Source: Candidatus Omnitrophota bacterium
GTDB lineage: Bacteria > Omnitrophota > Gorgyraeia > Zapsychrales > Fredricksoniimonadaceae
Reading direction: 5' to 3'
NCBI GenBank assembly: GCA_002753465.1
Contig: PEAF01000005.1
Span: 867 to 64,866 of the forward strand
DNA length: 64,000 nucleotides
The notes under the pieces are model-generated. The model did no database searches and had not been told where the DNA came from. It worked only from the letters and a program-made list of their open reading frames with translations. Shown in pieces: positions 52,758 to 63,134 of this stretch. Each line of letters begins with the position of its first letter. Positions within the stretch are counted from its first letter, which is position 1. The position numbers and the translations under genes were made by a program.

Positions 52758-54029
52758 TTAGCGCACAATGATCTCATCTCTCTCAGAACCGATGGATATA
52801 TACTTGATAGGAACACCCACTAACTCCTCCATACGATTTACATAATCACGCGCCTGCGGCGGCAGCTTACGAAAATCCCGGATAGTCCCTATCGGCTTCT
52901 GCCAGCCAGGCATTTCAACGTAAACCGGCTTGGCATGGCAAAATACATCATAGTCATGTGGGAAGTGCTTGAAGGTCTTTCCCTTATATTTGTAGGAAGT
53001 ACAAAGGCTGATGGTCTTTAACTCATCGAGAACATCCAGCTTCATGATAGCGAGCTCATCAAATCCGCCCACGATCGCAGCATAACGCACCAGAACGCTA
53101 TCAAACCAGCCGCAGCGACGCGCACGGCCGGTCGTTGATCCGAATTCCTTGCCCTTGGTCCTGATCTCTTCTTCCATCTTGGGTGAAAATTCTGTCGGGA
53201 ACGGGCCTTCTCCGACGCGCGTGGTGTATGCCTTGACAGCAGCAATGATCTTATCAAGCTTTGTCGGCGCAACGCCACTGCCGCTGGCTACGCCGCCAAC
53301 GGTCGTATTGGAAGATGTCACGTACGGATATGTTCCAAAATCAATATCCAGGAACGCGCCTTGAGCACCTTCGAACAGAACGGATTTGTTATTGTCGATC
53401 GCCTCATTCACATAGATCGCCGTATCACACACATAAGGCTTTAAGCGACGCGCATAAACTACATATTCATTATAAATACTATCGAAATCAAAGCCCTTTT
53501 GATTGAAGACTTTCTTGAAATACTCGTTTTTCTCGCGGAGATTGTCCTGCAGCTTGGAACGGAACACCTTCGGGTTCATCAGATCGACCATGCGTATACC
53601 GCAACGCGTCACTTTATCGGCATAACACGGGCCGATGCCGCGTCCGGTTGTTCCGATCCGGTGCTCGCGCATTTTCTCGCGCAACCCGTCCAAGACACGA
53701 TGATAGGGCATGACCACATGGCTATTGACCGCGATCTTAAGCTGTTTAGGGGTTACCTTGATGCCGCGCACCTTAAGCCCGTCGATCTCCTCAAGCAAAG
53801 CCTTAGGGTCTACCACAACACCGTTGCCGATAACACAGACTTTACCCGTACGCAAAATAGCCGACGGCAAAAGATGGAAAACATAATGCTCTTTACCGAC
53901 AATGACCGTATGGCCGGCATTACTCCCGCCCTGATAACGGACCGTCACATCAACATCTTTGGAAAGGATGTCGATCAATTTACCCTTACCTTCATCGCCC
54001 CACTGTGCCCCGACAACAACAATATTCAT
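52758..54029 (-). CDS. purA: Adenylosuccinate synthetase
   Basis: 423 aa. GAQWGDEGKGK P-loop and GTTGRGIGP. Confidence 0.97.
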   Translation of the reverse strand: MNIVVVGAQWGDEGKGKLIDILSKDVDVTVRYQGGSNAGHTVIVGKEHYVFHLLPSAILRTGKVCVIGNGVVVDPKALLEEIDGLKVRGIKVTPKQLKIAVNSHVVMPYHRVLDGLREKMREHRIGTTGRGIGPCYADKVTRCGIRMVDLMNPKVFRSKLQDNLREKNEYFKKVFNQKGFDFDSIYNEYVVYARRLKPYVCDTAIYVNEAIDNNKSVLFEGAQGAFLDIDFGTYPYVTSSNTTVGGVASGSGVAPTKLDKIIAAVKAYTTRVGEGPFPTEFSPKMEEEIRTKGKEFGSTTGRARRCGWFDSVLVRYAAIVGGFDELAIMKLDVLDELKTISLCTSYKYKGKTFKHFPHDYDVFCHAKPVYVEMPGWQKPIGTIRDFRKLPPQARDYVNRMEELVGVPIKYISIGSERDEIIVR

Positions 54030-54045
54030 CAGACTTTCCTCTTGG

Positions 54046-54741
54046 CTAACCTTTATTATAATGAAAATAGATCAATGCACCGCCAACCGCCATATAAAAC
54101 GCCACCATCATACTAGCCACAAGCGACTTACTTCCCCTCAGGGAATCGATCACCTTGCCGCGCCATATCAGAACCATCATAATCGCCAGGACCACGACAC
54201 CGACATTCCGTGTCAGTTCATAAATGATCAACCCACCCACGGAACCGAATAATCGCCCGCTCTCAAACGACATCGCTCCCTGCAAGATAACGTGCAATGT
54301 CTGCGGCCAGACATTGGCTAACGCCGCAAGCGCCAAAGCCAGTGTTACCGCCACGAGACCCGTGAAGGTAATGCCAAGCTTTATTGGTCGCGGCCACGGC
54401 GTAAAAGAGGCGTTATTATCATTGATCAGCAAACGCCATTGAACCGCAAAGAGCCAGGCAACGCCCAGAAAAAGAACCCCGAGAATACAATAAAACCACG
54501 ACGCGGTGACCAGGAACTCGTTGGATGACCATAAGAACGGAACAACGCCGATATCACAAAGAACACCGAAGATAATAAAAGAAACCAGAAAATAGCCCGT
54601 AAATAATGCCAGCACGCCCTTGGAGGTTTTTGCTGAAAAAGACAGCAACAAAAGCAGGAACACCCCGAGCGCAGCCAACTGAACAGGACTGAACATATCC
54701 TGAGCGCCGACCATGACAAATGTCATCCAGTCATACAGCAT
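54046..54741 (-). CDS. Polytopic membrane protein, unknown function
   Basis: 231 aa with about 6 hydrophobic helices. No recognisable motif. Confidence 0.5.
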   Translation of the reverse strand: MLYDWMTFVMVGAQDMFSPVQLAALGVFLLLLLSFSAKTSKGVLALFTGYFLVSFIIFGVLCDIGVVPFLWSSNEFLVTASWFYCILGVLFLGVAWLFAVQWRLLINDNNASFTPWPRPIKLGITFTGLVAVTLALALAALANVWPQTLHVILQGAMSFESGRLFGSVGGLIIYELTRNVGVVVLAIMMVLIWRGKVIDSLRGSKSLVASMMVAFYMAVGGALIYFHYNKG

Positions 54742-54749
54742 ACGTTACG

Positions 54750-56342
54750 TTAAACCTTAAGCATTTTGACAAATTGAATGCCTTTTGTCGCCTTTAATCC
54801 GTCGATAACGGCCACCGGGACATCGCCGTCAACATTAACAACGCTGACTGCCGTTGCGCCTTCTTTTTCACGGCCGAAAGTTATATAAGCGATATTGATC
54901 CTGGCATTGCCAAGGGCTACCCCCACCGCGCCGACAATGCCGGGTATATCACTGTTACGGATAAAAAGAATGTTGCCTGAAGGAACAGCCTCGACATAAA
55001 CATTGTTGACTTTGACAATGCGCGGCTTCTTATTAGAAGACAGCGTTCCCCATACTTCCAGGGTCTCCTTATCCGTGACGATCTCAAGCATAATGCAATT
55101 AACAAATTCACCCTCAGCACTCAAATGAACCTCTTGAATGTCGATCCCGCGGTCCTTGGCGATATCGATCGAATTGATCGTATTGACATTATCCGCCAGA
55201 ATAGGCTTTAATATGCCGTGCGCCAATGACATGGTGACTGGCATAACATTGTACTTCGTCAGCAGTCCGCTGTAGCTGATCTTGACCGTTTTGATCCCGC
55301 CGTTAACCAGTTGACCTGCAAACTTACCCAGCTTATCCCCGAGGTCAATGTATGGTTCAAGGACCTTGAATGCTTCCTCATCGAGAGACGGAAAATTAGC
55401 TGCATTACGTATTCCCTTGCCCAGCAGCGCATCACGTACGGAATAGGCCACCTCAATAGCCACATTAACCTGCGCTTCAGCGGTTGAAGCCCCCAAATGA
55501 GGCGTAAGTACGCAAGCATCAAACTTCATAACAGGCATATCCGGTTTAGGCGGTTCCTCATCGTAAACGTCAAGGGCCACACCGGCGATCCGTTTGGCCT
55601 CAAGCGCCTTGGCTAATGCCGCCTCGTCAATGATGCCGCCCCGTGCGCAATTGACCAGGCGCACGGACTTTTTCATCATATTGATCTGCTTCTCGCCGAT
55701 CATGCCGCTGGTCTCATCCGTCTTAGGCACATGAATGGTGATGAAATCAGAATTCTGGATAAGATCTTCGAACGTGCAAACAGCTATGCCCCGCTTTGCC
55801 GCCATTTCCGCCGATAAGAATGGATCATAGGCCTTGATGGTCATGCCGAAGCCCTGTGCAAATTTGGCAACCGTAGAACCAATACGCCCAAGACCAATGA
55901 CACCTAATGTCTTCCCGTAAAGCTCAACACCCTGGAATTTGCTGCGCTCCCATTTACCGGCCTTCATGGAACTATGGGCCTGGGGGATGTTACGCGCCAG
56001 CGCCATGATCAAGCTGAAGGCATGCTCGGCCGTCGACGTAGTATTCCCGCCGGGCGTATTCATCGCAATGATACCTTTTTTGGTCGCAGCCTTAAGGTCA
56101 ACGTTATCCAAACCGACGCCGGCACGGCCGATCACTTTGAGCTTCGTTGCGGCAGCAATGATATCCTCGGTGACCTGAGTACCGCTACGCACAATGAGCG
56201 CATCGTATTGACCGATGATCTCCTTAAGCTGTTCAGGCTTAAGATCATATTTGCAATCAACTTCAAAAGCATCGCCCTCCCGGAGGATCTTCAAACCCTC
56301 TTCGGCAAGCTTGTCACTAACAAGGATCTTGATTTTTGTCAT
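54750..56342 (-). CDS. serA: D-3-phosphoglycerate dehydrogenase (long form with ACT domain)
   Basis: 530 aa. NAD motif GVIGLGRIGSTVA, catalytic NCARGG, and C-terminal ASB/ACT-like regions. Confidence 0.9.
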   Translation of the reverse strand: MTKIKILVSDKLAEEGLKILREGDAFEVDCKYDLKPEQLKEIIGQYDALIVRSGTQVTEDIIAAATKLKVIGRAGVGLDNVDLKAATKKGIIAMNTPGGNTTSTAEHAFSLIMALARNIPQAHSSMKAGKWERSKFQGVELYGKTLGVIGLGRIGSTVAKFAQGFGMTIKAYDPFLSAEMAAKRGIAVCTFEDLIQNSDFITIHVPKTDETSGMIGEKQINMMKKSVRLVNCARGGIIDEAALAKALEAKRIAGVALDVYDEEPPKPDMPVMKFDACVLTPHLGASTAEAQVNVAIEVAYSVRDALLGKGIRNAANFPSLDEEAFKVLEPYIDLGDKLGKFAGQLVNGGIKTVKISYSGLLTKYNVMPVTMSLAHGILKPILADNVNTINSIDIAKDRGIDIQEVHLSAEGEFVNCIMLEIVTDKETLEVWGTLSSNKKPRIVKVNNVYVEAVPSGNILFIRNSDIPGIVGAVGVALGNARINIAYITFGREKEGATAVSVVNVDGDVPVAVIDGLKATKGIQFVKMLKV

Positions 56343-56351
56343 ACAAACCCC

Positions 56352-57491
56352 TTATGAATTAAAAACCTTTTGCGCCGCCGCCAAACTGGCACCAAGCTCG
56401 AACTTATGACCGGCCTGCTTCAAAACTTTCTCAAGGCACGACAAGCCTGTCAGGATATCGTACTCATCAACCGCGCCCATATGGGCAATGCGAACAACCT
56501 TACCATCAAGCTCACCTTGACCGCCGGCGAAAGTGATACCGTGCGTATCGCGCATGATCTTGACAAGCTTCTTGGGATCAAGGGCTTCAGGGATCATGAT
56601 CGCGGTAAGGGCGCGTGAACGGAATGCCGGTTGAGCGTAAACGCTAAGGCCGATGGCCTCAGCCGCAGCCCAGACAGCCTGCGCCATTTTCAAGTAATAG
56701 GCCTGCTTTTTATCGATCCCGTCAGCCATCAGCATCTTGACTGCTTCATTGAGCGCAATGACAATACCGATCGCGGGTGTGAAGGGCGTATCCGTATCCG
56801 CAAGGGCTTTTCTGGCTTTGCGTAAGTCAAAATAAAAACGCACATTGGTCGAGGCGCTGATCATCGCGATCGCTTTCGCGCTGGCCGCCACAATACCGAC
56901 ACCCGGTGGAAGCATCAACCCTTTATGCGAACCTGAACAATAAACGTCAACGCCCCAGTCATCCATCCTGATGGGCTCGGTGCCTAATGCGCTGACGGCA
57001 TCGACCACCAGTGCGGCATGGGTCGTTTTCATAAAAGCGCCAATGGAAGCCAAATCCGGTGTTACAGCCGTCGATGTCTCACACTGGGTCAGAAAAACAG
57101 CCTTGGCATCGGGATTATCAGCCAATACCTTCTTGATCTCTTCGACGGTAACAGCACGTCCCCAGGCAACCTTAAGAACGATCGGCGTGGCCTTATAAGC
57201 TTTAACAAGCTCAGTCCAGCGCTCGCCGAACTTGCCGTATTCAACCGTGATCGCCTTATCACCGGGATTGATCAGATTACCGACAGCGGCTTCCATCGCC
57301 CCGGTTCCTGAGGATGCCAGCAGATACACATCAGATGATGTCCCGATCAATGTCTTAAGATTCGCAAAAACTTCTTTCAATATCTGTTGAAATTGCGGCG
57401 TACGGTGATGGATGATCGGCTTGCCTAAAACCTCACAAAGTTCAACTGGAACTTTTGATGGGCCAGGTGTTAAAAGTAAATTTCTTTTCAT
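56352..57491 (-). CDS. Class-V (AGXT-family) aminotransferase, probable phosphoserine or serine-glyoxylate aminotransferase
   Basis: LLLTPGPSKVP, SGTGAMEAA, and a PLP-lysine region SGSHKGLMLPPG. It lies directly downstream of serA. The likely start is M20 (57491); the track start is 57548. Confidence 0.75.
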   Translation of the reverse strand: MKRNLLLTPGPSKVPVELCEVLGKPIIHHRTPQFQQILKEVFANLKTLIGTSSDVYLLASSGTGAMEAAVGNLINPGDKAITVEYGKFGERWTELVKAYKATPIVLKVAWGRAVTVEEIKKVLADNPDAKAVFLTQCETSTAVTPDLASIGAFMKTTHAALVVDAVSALGTEPIRMDDWGVDVYCSGSHKGLMLPPGVGIVAASAKAIAMISASTNVRFYFDLRKARKALADTDTPFTPAIGIVIALNEAVKMLMADGIDKKQAYYLKMAQAVWAAAEAIGLSVYAQPAFRSRALTAIMIPEALDPKKLVKIMRDTHGITFAGGQGELDGKVVRIAHMGAVDEYDILTGLSCLEKVLKQAGHKFELGASLAAAQKVFNS

Positions 57492-57560
57492 ACTGCTATC
57501 CTTTCGAACGGTCATCCCCAAGCCCTGAGGGCGTAAGGATCCCCACATTAGTTGTTCACA

Positions 57561-58157
57561 TTACCTGACAATAGCCGGAACGACTTCATCCACTAAACCG
57601 TAATCCTTTGCTTCCTGCGCGGACATGAAGAAATCACGGTCAGAATCCTTAAGGACCTTTTCCAGCGGCTGATTACTATGCGTTGCAATGATCTGCGATA
57701 AATTCTGTTTCATCCTCAGGATTTCCTGAGCCTGGATGTGAATATCGCTGGCCGTACCCTCGGCACCGCCCCACGGCTGATGGATCATGATACGGGCATT
57801 GGGCAAAGCAAAACGCTTGCCGCGCGCACCGGCCGTCAAAAGCACAGCCCCCATGCTCGCACACTGGCCGATGCAGTACGTGCAGACCTTTGGCTTCAGG
57901 AACTGAATCGTGTCATAGATCGCAAGGCCCGCTGTTACAGAACCGCCCGGCGAATTGATATAAAGACTGATATCCTTATCAGGATCTTCCGCCTGCAGGA
58001 ACAACAGCTGCGCAACGATGAGATTGGAAACCACATCGTCGATCGCTGTGCCCAGAAAAACGATACGGTCCTTGAGCAAACGTGAGAAAATATCATACGC
58101 ACGCTCGGACTGTCCGGTGGTTTCAACGACCATAGGGACTAAATTAGCTCTTGTCAT
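57561..58157 (-). CDS. clpP: ATP-dependent Clp protease proteolytic subunit
   Basis: 198 aa. [11 protein letters not shown] (Ser) and RIMIHQP (His). Confidence 0.97.
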   Translation of the reverse strand: MTRANLVPMVVETTGQSERAYDIFSRLLKDRIVFLGTAIDDVVSNLIVAQLLFLQAEDPDKDISLYINSPGGSVTAGLAIYDTIQFLKPKVCTYCIGQCASMGAVLLTAGARGKRFALPNARIMIHQPWGGAEGTASDIHIQAQEILRMKQNLSQIIATHSNQPLEKVLKDSDRDFFMSAQEAKDYGLVDEVVPAIVR

Positions 58158-59053
58158 TTCGCTTCCTCCAGTTTGGCTTCCTTAAGCAGGAATTCCATAA
58201 CCTTAGCGGATAAGTTTTCATTCTGCGCCGCGTCGATCTTTTCGATCTCGGCGATCTTATGCAGAATTAAAAATGTTTTAACATCTTTAGCCGAAGCTTC
58301 TTTCAGGTCCTTCAATGATTCTTCGGTTTTCTTAGCGACATCATCTTCCTTCACGCCATATGTCTTCAAACGGCGGCTGAACTCTTCCACACGTCCGGAC
58401 AACTGACGCTCAACCAAAGACTGAGGAACATCCAATTTGCATGATTTGATCAGCGCATCGATCAACTGTGTTTCAATTTCCTGACGGTTCTGGCGCTCTT
58501 TGTCAAATTCAAGGTTACGCTTAACCGCTGTCTTTAACTCTTCTAAAGACGGGAAACCGAGTGTTTTAGCAAAGGCGTCATCCAAGGGCGCATTTTCATC
58601 AAGCCCACGGCCCTTCTTGAAGAAATCAACGCTCTTACTCACTTCTTCATCAGAAACAACGGCGCTCTTTTTGCTGATCTTGATGCCCTTATAATCCTTG
58701 ACCTCAACTTCAGGCCGGATATCGAATGTCGCGCGGAACTTAAGCCCATCCTCAGTCATTTCAACCTGATCGATAGACGGAAAATCAATAGGGTCCATCT
58801 TCTCCTGAATAATACCCTCCTGGTACACTTCAGGAATGAGCTTTTTCATCATTTCATCGCGGGCAAATGCACCGTGAGAAGCTTCGACCATTTTCCGGGG
58901 CGCCTTACCCTGGCGAAAACCCTTGATCGTAACATGTTTGACCACATCATTGAAAACTTCATCAAGCTTGCGGGCCACACGCTCCTTAGGGACCTCAAAA
59001 CTAATTTCACGACGAAGAGCGTCAACTTTTTTTACAGAGATCTTCATGGACAC
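58154..59053 (-). CDS. tig: Trigger factor lacking the PPIase (FKBP) domain
   Basis: 299 aa. The N-domain carries the ribosome-binding signature [12 protein letters not shown]. After about residue 140 the sequence passes directly into the C-domain ([26 protein letters not shown]...). ATGA overlap with clpP. Confidence 0.8.
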   Translation of the reverse strand: MSMKISVKKVDALRREISFEVPKERVARKLDEVFNDVVKHVTIKGFRQGKAPRKMVEASHGAFARDEMMKKLIPEVYQEGIIQEKMDPIDFPSIDQVEMTEDGLKFRATFDIRPEVEVKDYKGIKISKKSAVVSDEEVSKSVDFFKKGRGLDENAPLDDAFAKTLGFPSLEELKTAVKRNLEFDKERQNRQEIETQLIDALIKSCKLDVPQSLVERQLSGRVEEFSRRLKTYGVKEDDVAKKTEESLKDLKEASAKDVKTFLILHKIAEIEKIDAAQNENLSAKVMEFLLKEAKLEEAK

Positions 59054-59193
59054 TACCTGCTCCTTTCAAGCATTTTTCTAATAGGAAGGCTATATCTTAA
59101 AACATTTATATATAAAAGCAACCAAAAAAATGGGCTTCCTACCCCCAATATATACACCCTCAAATACAGGCGCCGCCATACAGTCAGCTTTTA

Positions 59194-59224
59194 GCAATAA
59201 AATAGCCGGCATGGCGCCGGCTAT
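59194..59224 (-). terminator. Intrinsic terminator after lptB
   Basis: 9-bp GC-rich stem ATAGCCGGC / GCCGGCTAT (59202-59210 pairs with 59216-59224), 5-nt loop, then UUUAUU on the minus strand. Confidence 0.5.
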
Positions 59225-59250
59225 AAAATGAGCTAAATGAGTCATCAACG

Positions 59251-59973
59251 TTACATGGTAAACTTCTCGCCCAGATATACCTTGCGGGCATTAGGATCAT
59301 TGATCAGATCCTGTGCCGTACCCGCGATCATAATACGACCTTCAGCCACAAGATAAGCGCGATCAACGATCGACAATGTTTCACGGACGTTATGATCTGT
59401 CAGCAAAATACCAAGCCCTCGCTTTTTAAGGTCCTTGATGATCTCCTGCGCTTCAGCGACAACGATAGGATCAATGCCGGAGAACGGCTCGTCCAACAAA
59501 AGGAAAGACGGATGGGTCACCAAAGCGCGTGTGATCTCCAGACGTCGGCGCTCACCGCCGGAAAGCGTATACGCCTTACTGCGTGCCAGATGGGAAATGT
59601 TCAGCTCCTCAAGTAAAGACTCAAGACGGCGCTTTCTTTCCTGCGGCCCGATATCCAGCGTTTCAAGGACCGCCATGATATTTTCTTCAACGGTCAGTTT
59701 GCGGAATATGGACGGCTCCTGGGCCAGATACCCCATACCCAGGCGGCAACGTTCATGGATAGGTTTCTTCGTAATATCTTCCTGGTCAAAGAATATCTGC
59801 CCTTCATCAGGCGGGACAATGCCTACCGCCATATAAAATGAAGTGGTCTTACCGGCCCCGTTGGGTCCAAGAAGCCCTACGATCTCGGAACGTCCCACCG
59901 TAAGGCTAAGCCCGTTCACAACCCTGCGGCCATTGTAAACCTTTACCAGATCTTTAACTTCGAGAAGGTCCAT
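59251..59973 (-). CDS. lptB: LPS export ABC transporter ATPase
   Basis: 240 aa. GPNGAGKTT, LSGGERRRLEI and LLLDEPF. It lies downstream of the OstA-like gene. Confidence 0.9.
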   Translation of the reverse strand: MDLLEVKDLVKVYNGRRVVNGLSLTVGRSEIVGLLGPNGAGKTTSFYMAVGIVPPDEGQIFFDQEDITKKPIHERCRLGMGYLAQEPSIFRKLTVEENIMAVLETLDIGPQERKRRLESLLEELNISHLARSKAYTLSGGERRRLEITRALVTHPSFLLLDEPFSGIDPIVVAEAQEIIKDLKKRGLGILLTDHNVRETLSIVDRAYLVAEGRIMIAGTAQDLINDPNARKVYLGEKFTM

Positions 59974-59982
59974 ATACCATCC

Positions 59983-60846
59983 TTAATAATTGAGGATCGC
60001 GCTGGATGTTTTATCACCCGGATCGATCAAAAGCTTGGGTTTTCCCGTCATGATCATACGCTGCTCGTCCGCTTTATAAACAAGAGTTTCAGAATATGTA
60101 ATGTTCATGCCTTGATGGACTTCGACATTGCCCGTACAAATGATTTCTTTGATCTTACGGCTGTCTTTATCGAATTTGACCTCCATGCGGTCAGACTTAA
60201 CCTTGCGACCGGTGGATATCTCGATCGCTACAGCATTGTTCGTGAACACAGCCGACTGTGTCGCCTGATCAACTTCCATCGAGCCGTCACAGGTGATCTG
60301 AATGCGATTATCGGCTTTCTTATCTTTACCTTCGGATAGAATATCAGCAGTAACATCGCTTCTTAATTTAGCATCTTTAAGGCTCGGATGAGCCTCCATC
60401 CCCTGCCCGGACACCGTCATACCTTTATCTTCAATGCGCACCTTGTCATTGGTCTGGACCAGATCATTATTACGCTGCCACTGAAGCGTTTCTGTTTTGA
60501 GCGTCGCCCCGCTTTCGGCGGTAACGACCACATCACGCTTTAAATTCACATCGCCGGTGGCCTTGTCAATGTTGCCTTCTTTGGCGGTAACGTTCATGTT
60601 CTCCTTGCCGTAAGAATAAGCATTGACATTCGTGACAGCCACATCATCACCATGGATATGCGCCTTGTCACCCTTAATATCCCATGATTTCTGTCCACCC
60701 TCGGAATAACCCGAAAGATTGAATCCTTCCAATTCCTGAGCGACGATCTCCCGCTGAGCCTTCTTGCCGCCATCAACACTGTTCTGCGCCCAAAGAGGGC
60801 ATGTGAAAAACATAAGAACAATAACGCTAATAATTGATTTCTTCAT
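59983..60846 (-). CDS. OstA-like LPS transport protein, possible LptC-LptA fusion
   Basis: 287 aa. N-terminal hydrophobic anchor or signal. The N-half (FNLSGYSEGGQKSWDIKGDKAHIHGDDVAVTNVNAYSY) is LptC-like. The C-half (IQITCDGSMEVDQATQSAVFTNNAVAIE ... TGNVEVHQGMNITYSETLVY) is LptA/OstA_N-like. It sits between kdsC and lptB, where E. coli has lptC and lptA. Confidence 0.6.
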   Translation of the reverse strand: MKKSIISVIVLMFFTCPLWAQNSVDGGKKAQREIVAQELEGFNLSGYSEGGQKSWDIKGDKAHIHGDDVAVTNVNAYSYGKENMNVTAKEGNIDKATGDVNLKRDVVVTAESGATLKTETLQWQRNNDLVQTNDKVRIEDKGMTVSGQGMEAHPSLKDAKLRSDVTADILSEGKDKKADNRIQITCDGSMEVDQATQSAVFTNNAVAIEISTGRKVKSDRMEVKFDKDSRKIKEIICTGNVEVHQGMNITYSETLVYKADEQRMIMTGKPKLLIDPGDKTSSAILNY

Positions 60847-61343
60847 TCAATACCCCAGCGGCCCTGCGCCTTAAGGATTATTTCAATGACCTCACGTACC
60901 GCACCGCGCCCGCCTTCTTGAACCGTCACATGATCGACGATCTTTTTAACTTCCGCCACAGCATTAGCCGGCGCTGCCGAGAAACCTACGCGCGATAAAA
61001 TAGCAACATCGGGCATATCATCGCCAATGAAGCAAACTTCTTCGTCACTCACGCCAAAAGCTTTGAGCATTTTCTCATAGGAGCTTAACTTGGGGTACGC
61101 GTCCAGATAAACCTTGTCGAACTTAAGGTCCTTGGCCCTGGCCTTGACAGCTGTCGATGAGCGTGCCGAAATGACCGCTGTCTTTAAACCCTCACGGCGG
61201 GCACGGCTAATGCCATACCCGTCCTTAACATCAAAGAATTTTAATTCAAGGCCATCACCGTCGTATATGATGCGCCCGTCCGTCATAACACCATCGACAT
61301 CCATGGCGATCACCTTGATCTTTTTGAGCAATGCGTTTTTCAC
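60843..61343 (-). CDS. kdsC: KDO 8-phosphate phosphatase
   Basis: 166 aa HAD-type protein. VIAMDVDGVMTDG and IGDDMPD. Confidence 0.9.
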   Translation of the reverse strand: MKNALLKKIKVIAMDVDGVMTDGRIIYDGDGLELKFFDVKDGYGISRARREGLKTAVISARSSTAVKARAKDLKFDKVYLDAYPKLSSYEKMLKAFGVSDEEVCFIGDDMPDVAILSRVGFSAAPANAVAEVKKIVDHVTVQEGGRGAVREVIEIILKAQGRWGIE

Positions 61344-62302
61344 CGGGCCAACCCTGCTTTCAAAAGGTCCTGAACATCCAATAAGCCGACCAAAGCACCC
61401 TTGGCATCCACCACAGGCAGTTCATCGACTTTCTTTTGCGTCAGGATATCGAAAGCCTCAGCCGCCAGACGGTCCTTGGAGATCGTCATCGGGTTCTTGG
61501 TCATAACCTCATCCACCCTCTGCGTGAGAACACCTGCCCCCACCTCAAGATGGCGACGGAGATCCCCGTCAGTGAATATCCCGACGAACTGTTTTTTGGC
61601 ATTGATGACACACGCCGACCCGCAACGCGCCTGGGTGATGCTCAAAAGGACATCTTTGACCAGCGCCGTATCGCGCACCTTGGCGAAATAGGTGCCCTTA
61701 CGCATGATATCTTCAACCGTCAGCAACAATCTCCGGCCTAAACTTCCGCCCGGATGGAAAAAAGCGAAATCTTCTCTTTTAAAGTTCTTGCGATCGATCA
61801 AACAAGCGGCCAGCGCATCGCCCATCGCGAGTGTTGCCGTCGTTGACGCCATGGGCGCCAGGCCTAAAGGACAGCCCTCACGGTCAACGCCCACATTAAT
61901 CACCAGGTCGCAATGTTTAGCCAGAGAAGATTTTATCCCTCCGGTTATAGCGATCGTTTGGCATTTGATCTTCTTAAGCAACGGCAGCAATCTTACAGTT
62001 TCTTCTGTCTCACCGCTTGAAGAGATCAGGATCACAACATCATCGCGCGTTACCTGGCCCAGATCACCATGGACGGCCTCAGCACTGTGCATGTAAATAC
62101 TGGGCGTCCCCGTCGAAGAGAGTGTCGCCGAAAGCTTACGCCCCACGATGCCCGTCTTACCCATACCGGCCACGATCACGCGACCCTTGCAAGAGGCCAT
62201 CGCATCAACTGCCTGAATAAAATCTTTGTCGATATTCTTGATCAGCGCCTTGATGGCCGCCGCTTCGATCTCTAAAACTTCCCTGGCACGTTTAAGCGAC
62301 AT
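61340..62302 (-). CDS. kdsD: Arabinose-5-phosphate isomerase (SIS + CBS pair)
   Basis: 320 aa. GRVIVAGMGKTG, ISSSGETEE, and C-terminal tandem CBS domains. Confidence 0.9.
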   Translation of the reverse strand: MSLKRAREVLEIEAAAIKALIKNIDKDFIQAVDAMASCKGRVIVAGMGKTGIVGRKLSATLSSTGTPSIYMHSAEAVHGDLGQVTRDDVVILISSSGETEETVRLLPLLKKIKCQTIAITGGIKSSLAKHCDLVINVGVDREGCPLGLAPMASTTATLAMGDALAACLIDRKNFKREDFAFFHPGGSLGRRLLLTVEDIMRKGTYFAKVRDTALVKDVLLSITQARCGSACVINAKKQFVGIFTDGDLRRHLEVGAGVLTQRVDEVMTKNPMTISKDRLAAEAFDILTQKKVDELPVVDAKGALVGLLDVQDLLKAGLAR

Positions 62303-62303
62303 A

Positions 62304-63134
62304 TTATTTCGACCCTTTCACGATGCGATCGATCTTGACCATGGTTTTCAAGATCGGCTCAAGCTGCGCTATGGCCAGCATATTGGGGCCATCCGACAAT
62401 GCTTTCTTAGGATCTGTATGTGTCTCCATGAAAACAGCGTCAACGCCTGCCGCCACGCCACAACGCGACAATAGCGGGATAAACTCGCTGCGACCGCCGG
62501 TTGTGCTGCCCAGTCCGCCCGGTTGTTGAACGCTGTGGGTCACGTCATAAACAACAGGATAGCCCGTCGAGGCCATGATCTCAAAGCCGGTAAAATCAGT
62601 CACAAGATTGTTATATCCAAAACTTACACCGCGCTCGGTCAACAACAACTTTCGACAACCGGCTGCCTCAACCTTTTTAACAATGGACTTTACGTCCCAC
62701 GGAGCCAGGAATTGGCCTTTCTTAATACTGACAATACGGCCGCTCTGCGCCGCGCGCACGACCAGCGACGTCTGACGGCAAAGGAACGCCGGGATCTGGA
62801 TGATATCCAGGACTTTTTCGGCAAGGTCCATCTGCGTAACCTCATGCACATCGCTCACCACCGGCACACCAAAACGTTCTTTGACCTCAGCCAGGATATC
62901 CAACCCCTCTTCAAGGCCGGGTCCGCGGAACGAATCGATCGACGTCCGGTTCGCCTTGTCATAACTGGCTTTGAATACATAGGGAATGCCGAGCTTCTTG
63001 GTCAGCTTGACCAGTTCGCCCGCCATCTTGATGGTCGAAGGACGATCTTCGATAACACAAGGTCCTGCGATCAGAACGAACGGCGCACCGCCGCCAAAAG
63101 TGATCTTGCCAAGCTTGACTGTATGTTTTTTCAT
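62304..63134 (-). CDS. kdsA: 2-dehydro-3-deoxyphosphooctonate aldolase
   Basis: 276 aa. FVLIAGPCVIE, FKASYDKANRTS and DVTHSVQ. Confidence 0.95.
   Translation of the reverse strand: MKKHTVKLGKITFGGGAPFVLIAGPCVIEDRPSTIKMAGELVKLTKKLGIPYVFKASYDKANRTSIDSFRGPGLEEGLDILAEVKERFGVPVVSDVHEVTQMDLAEKVLDIIQIPAFLCRQTSLVVRAAQSGRIVSIKKGQFLAPWDVKSIVKKVEAAGCRKLLLTERGVSFGYNNLVTDFTGFEIMASTGYPVVYDVTHSVQQPGGLGSTTGGRSEFIPLLSRCGVAAGVDAVFMETHTDPKKALSDGPNMLAIAQLEPILKTMVKIDRIVKGSK

Noticed and set aside
53499-54116. 205-aa plus-strand ORF
   Set aside because: It is antisense to purA and the neighbouring membrane-protein gene. It is a shadow ORF.
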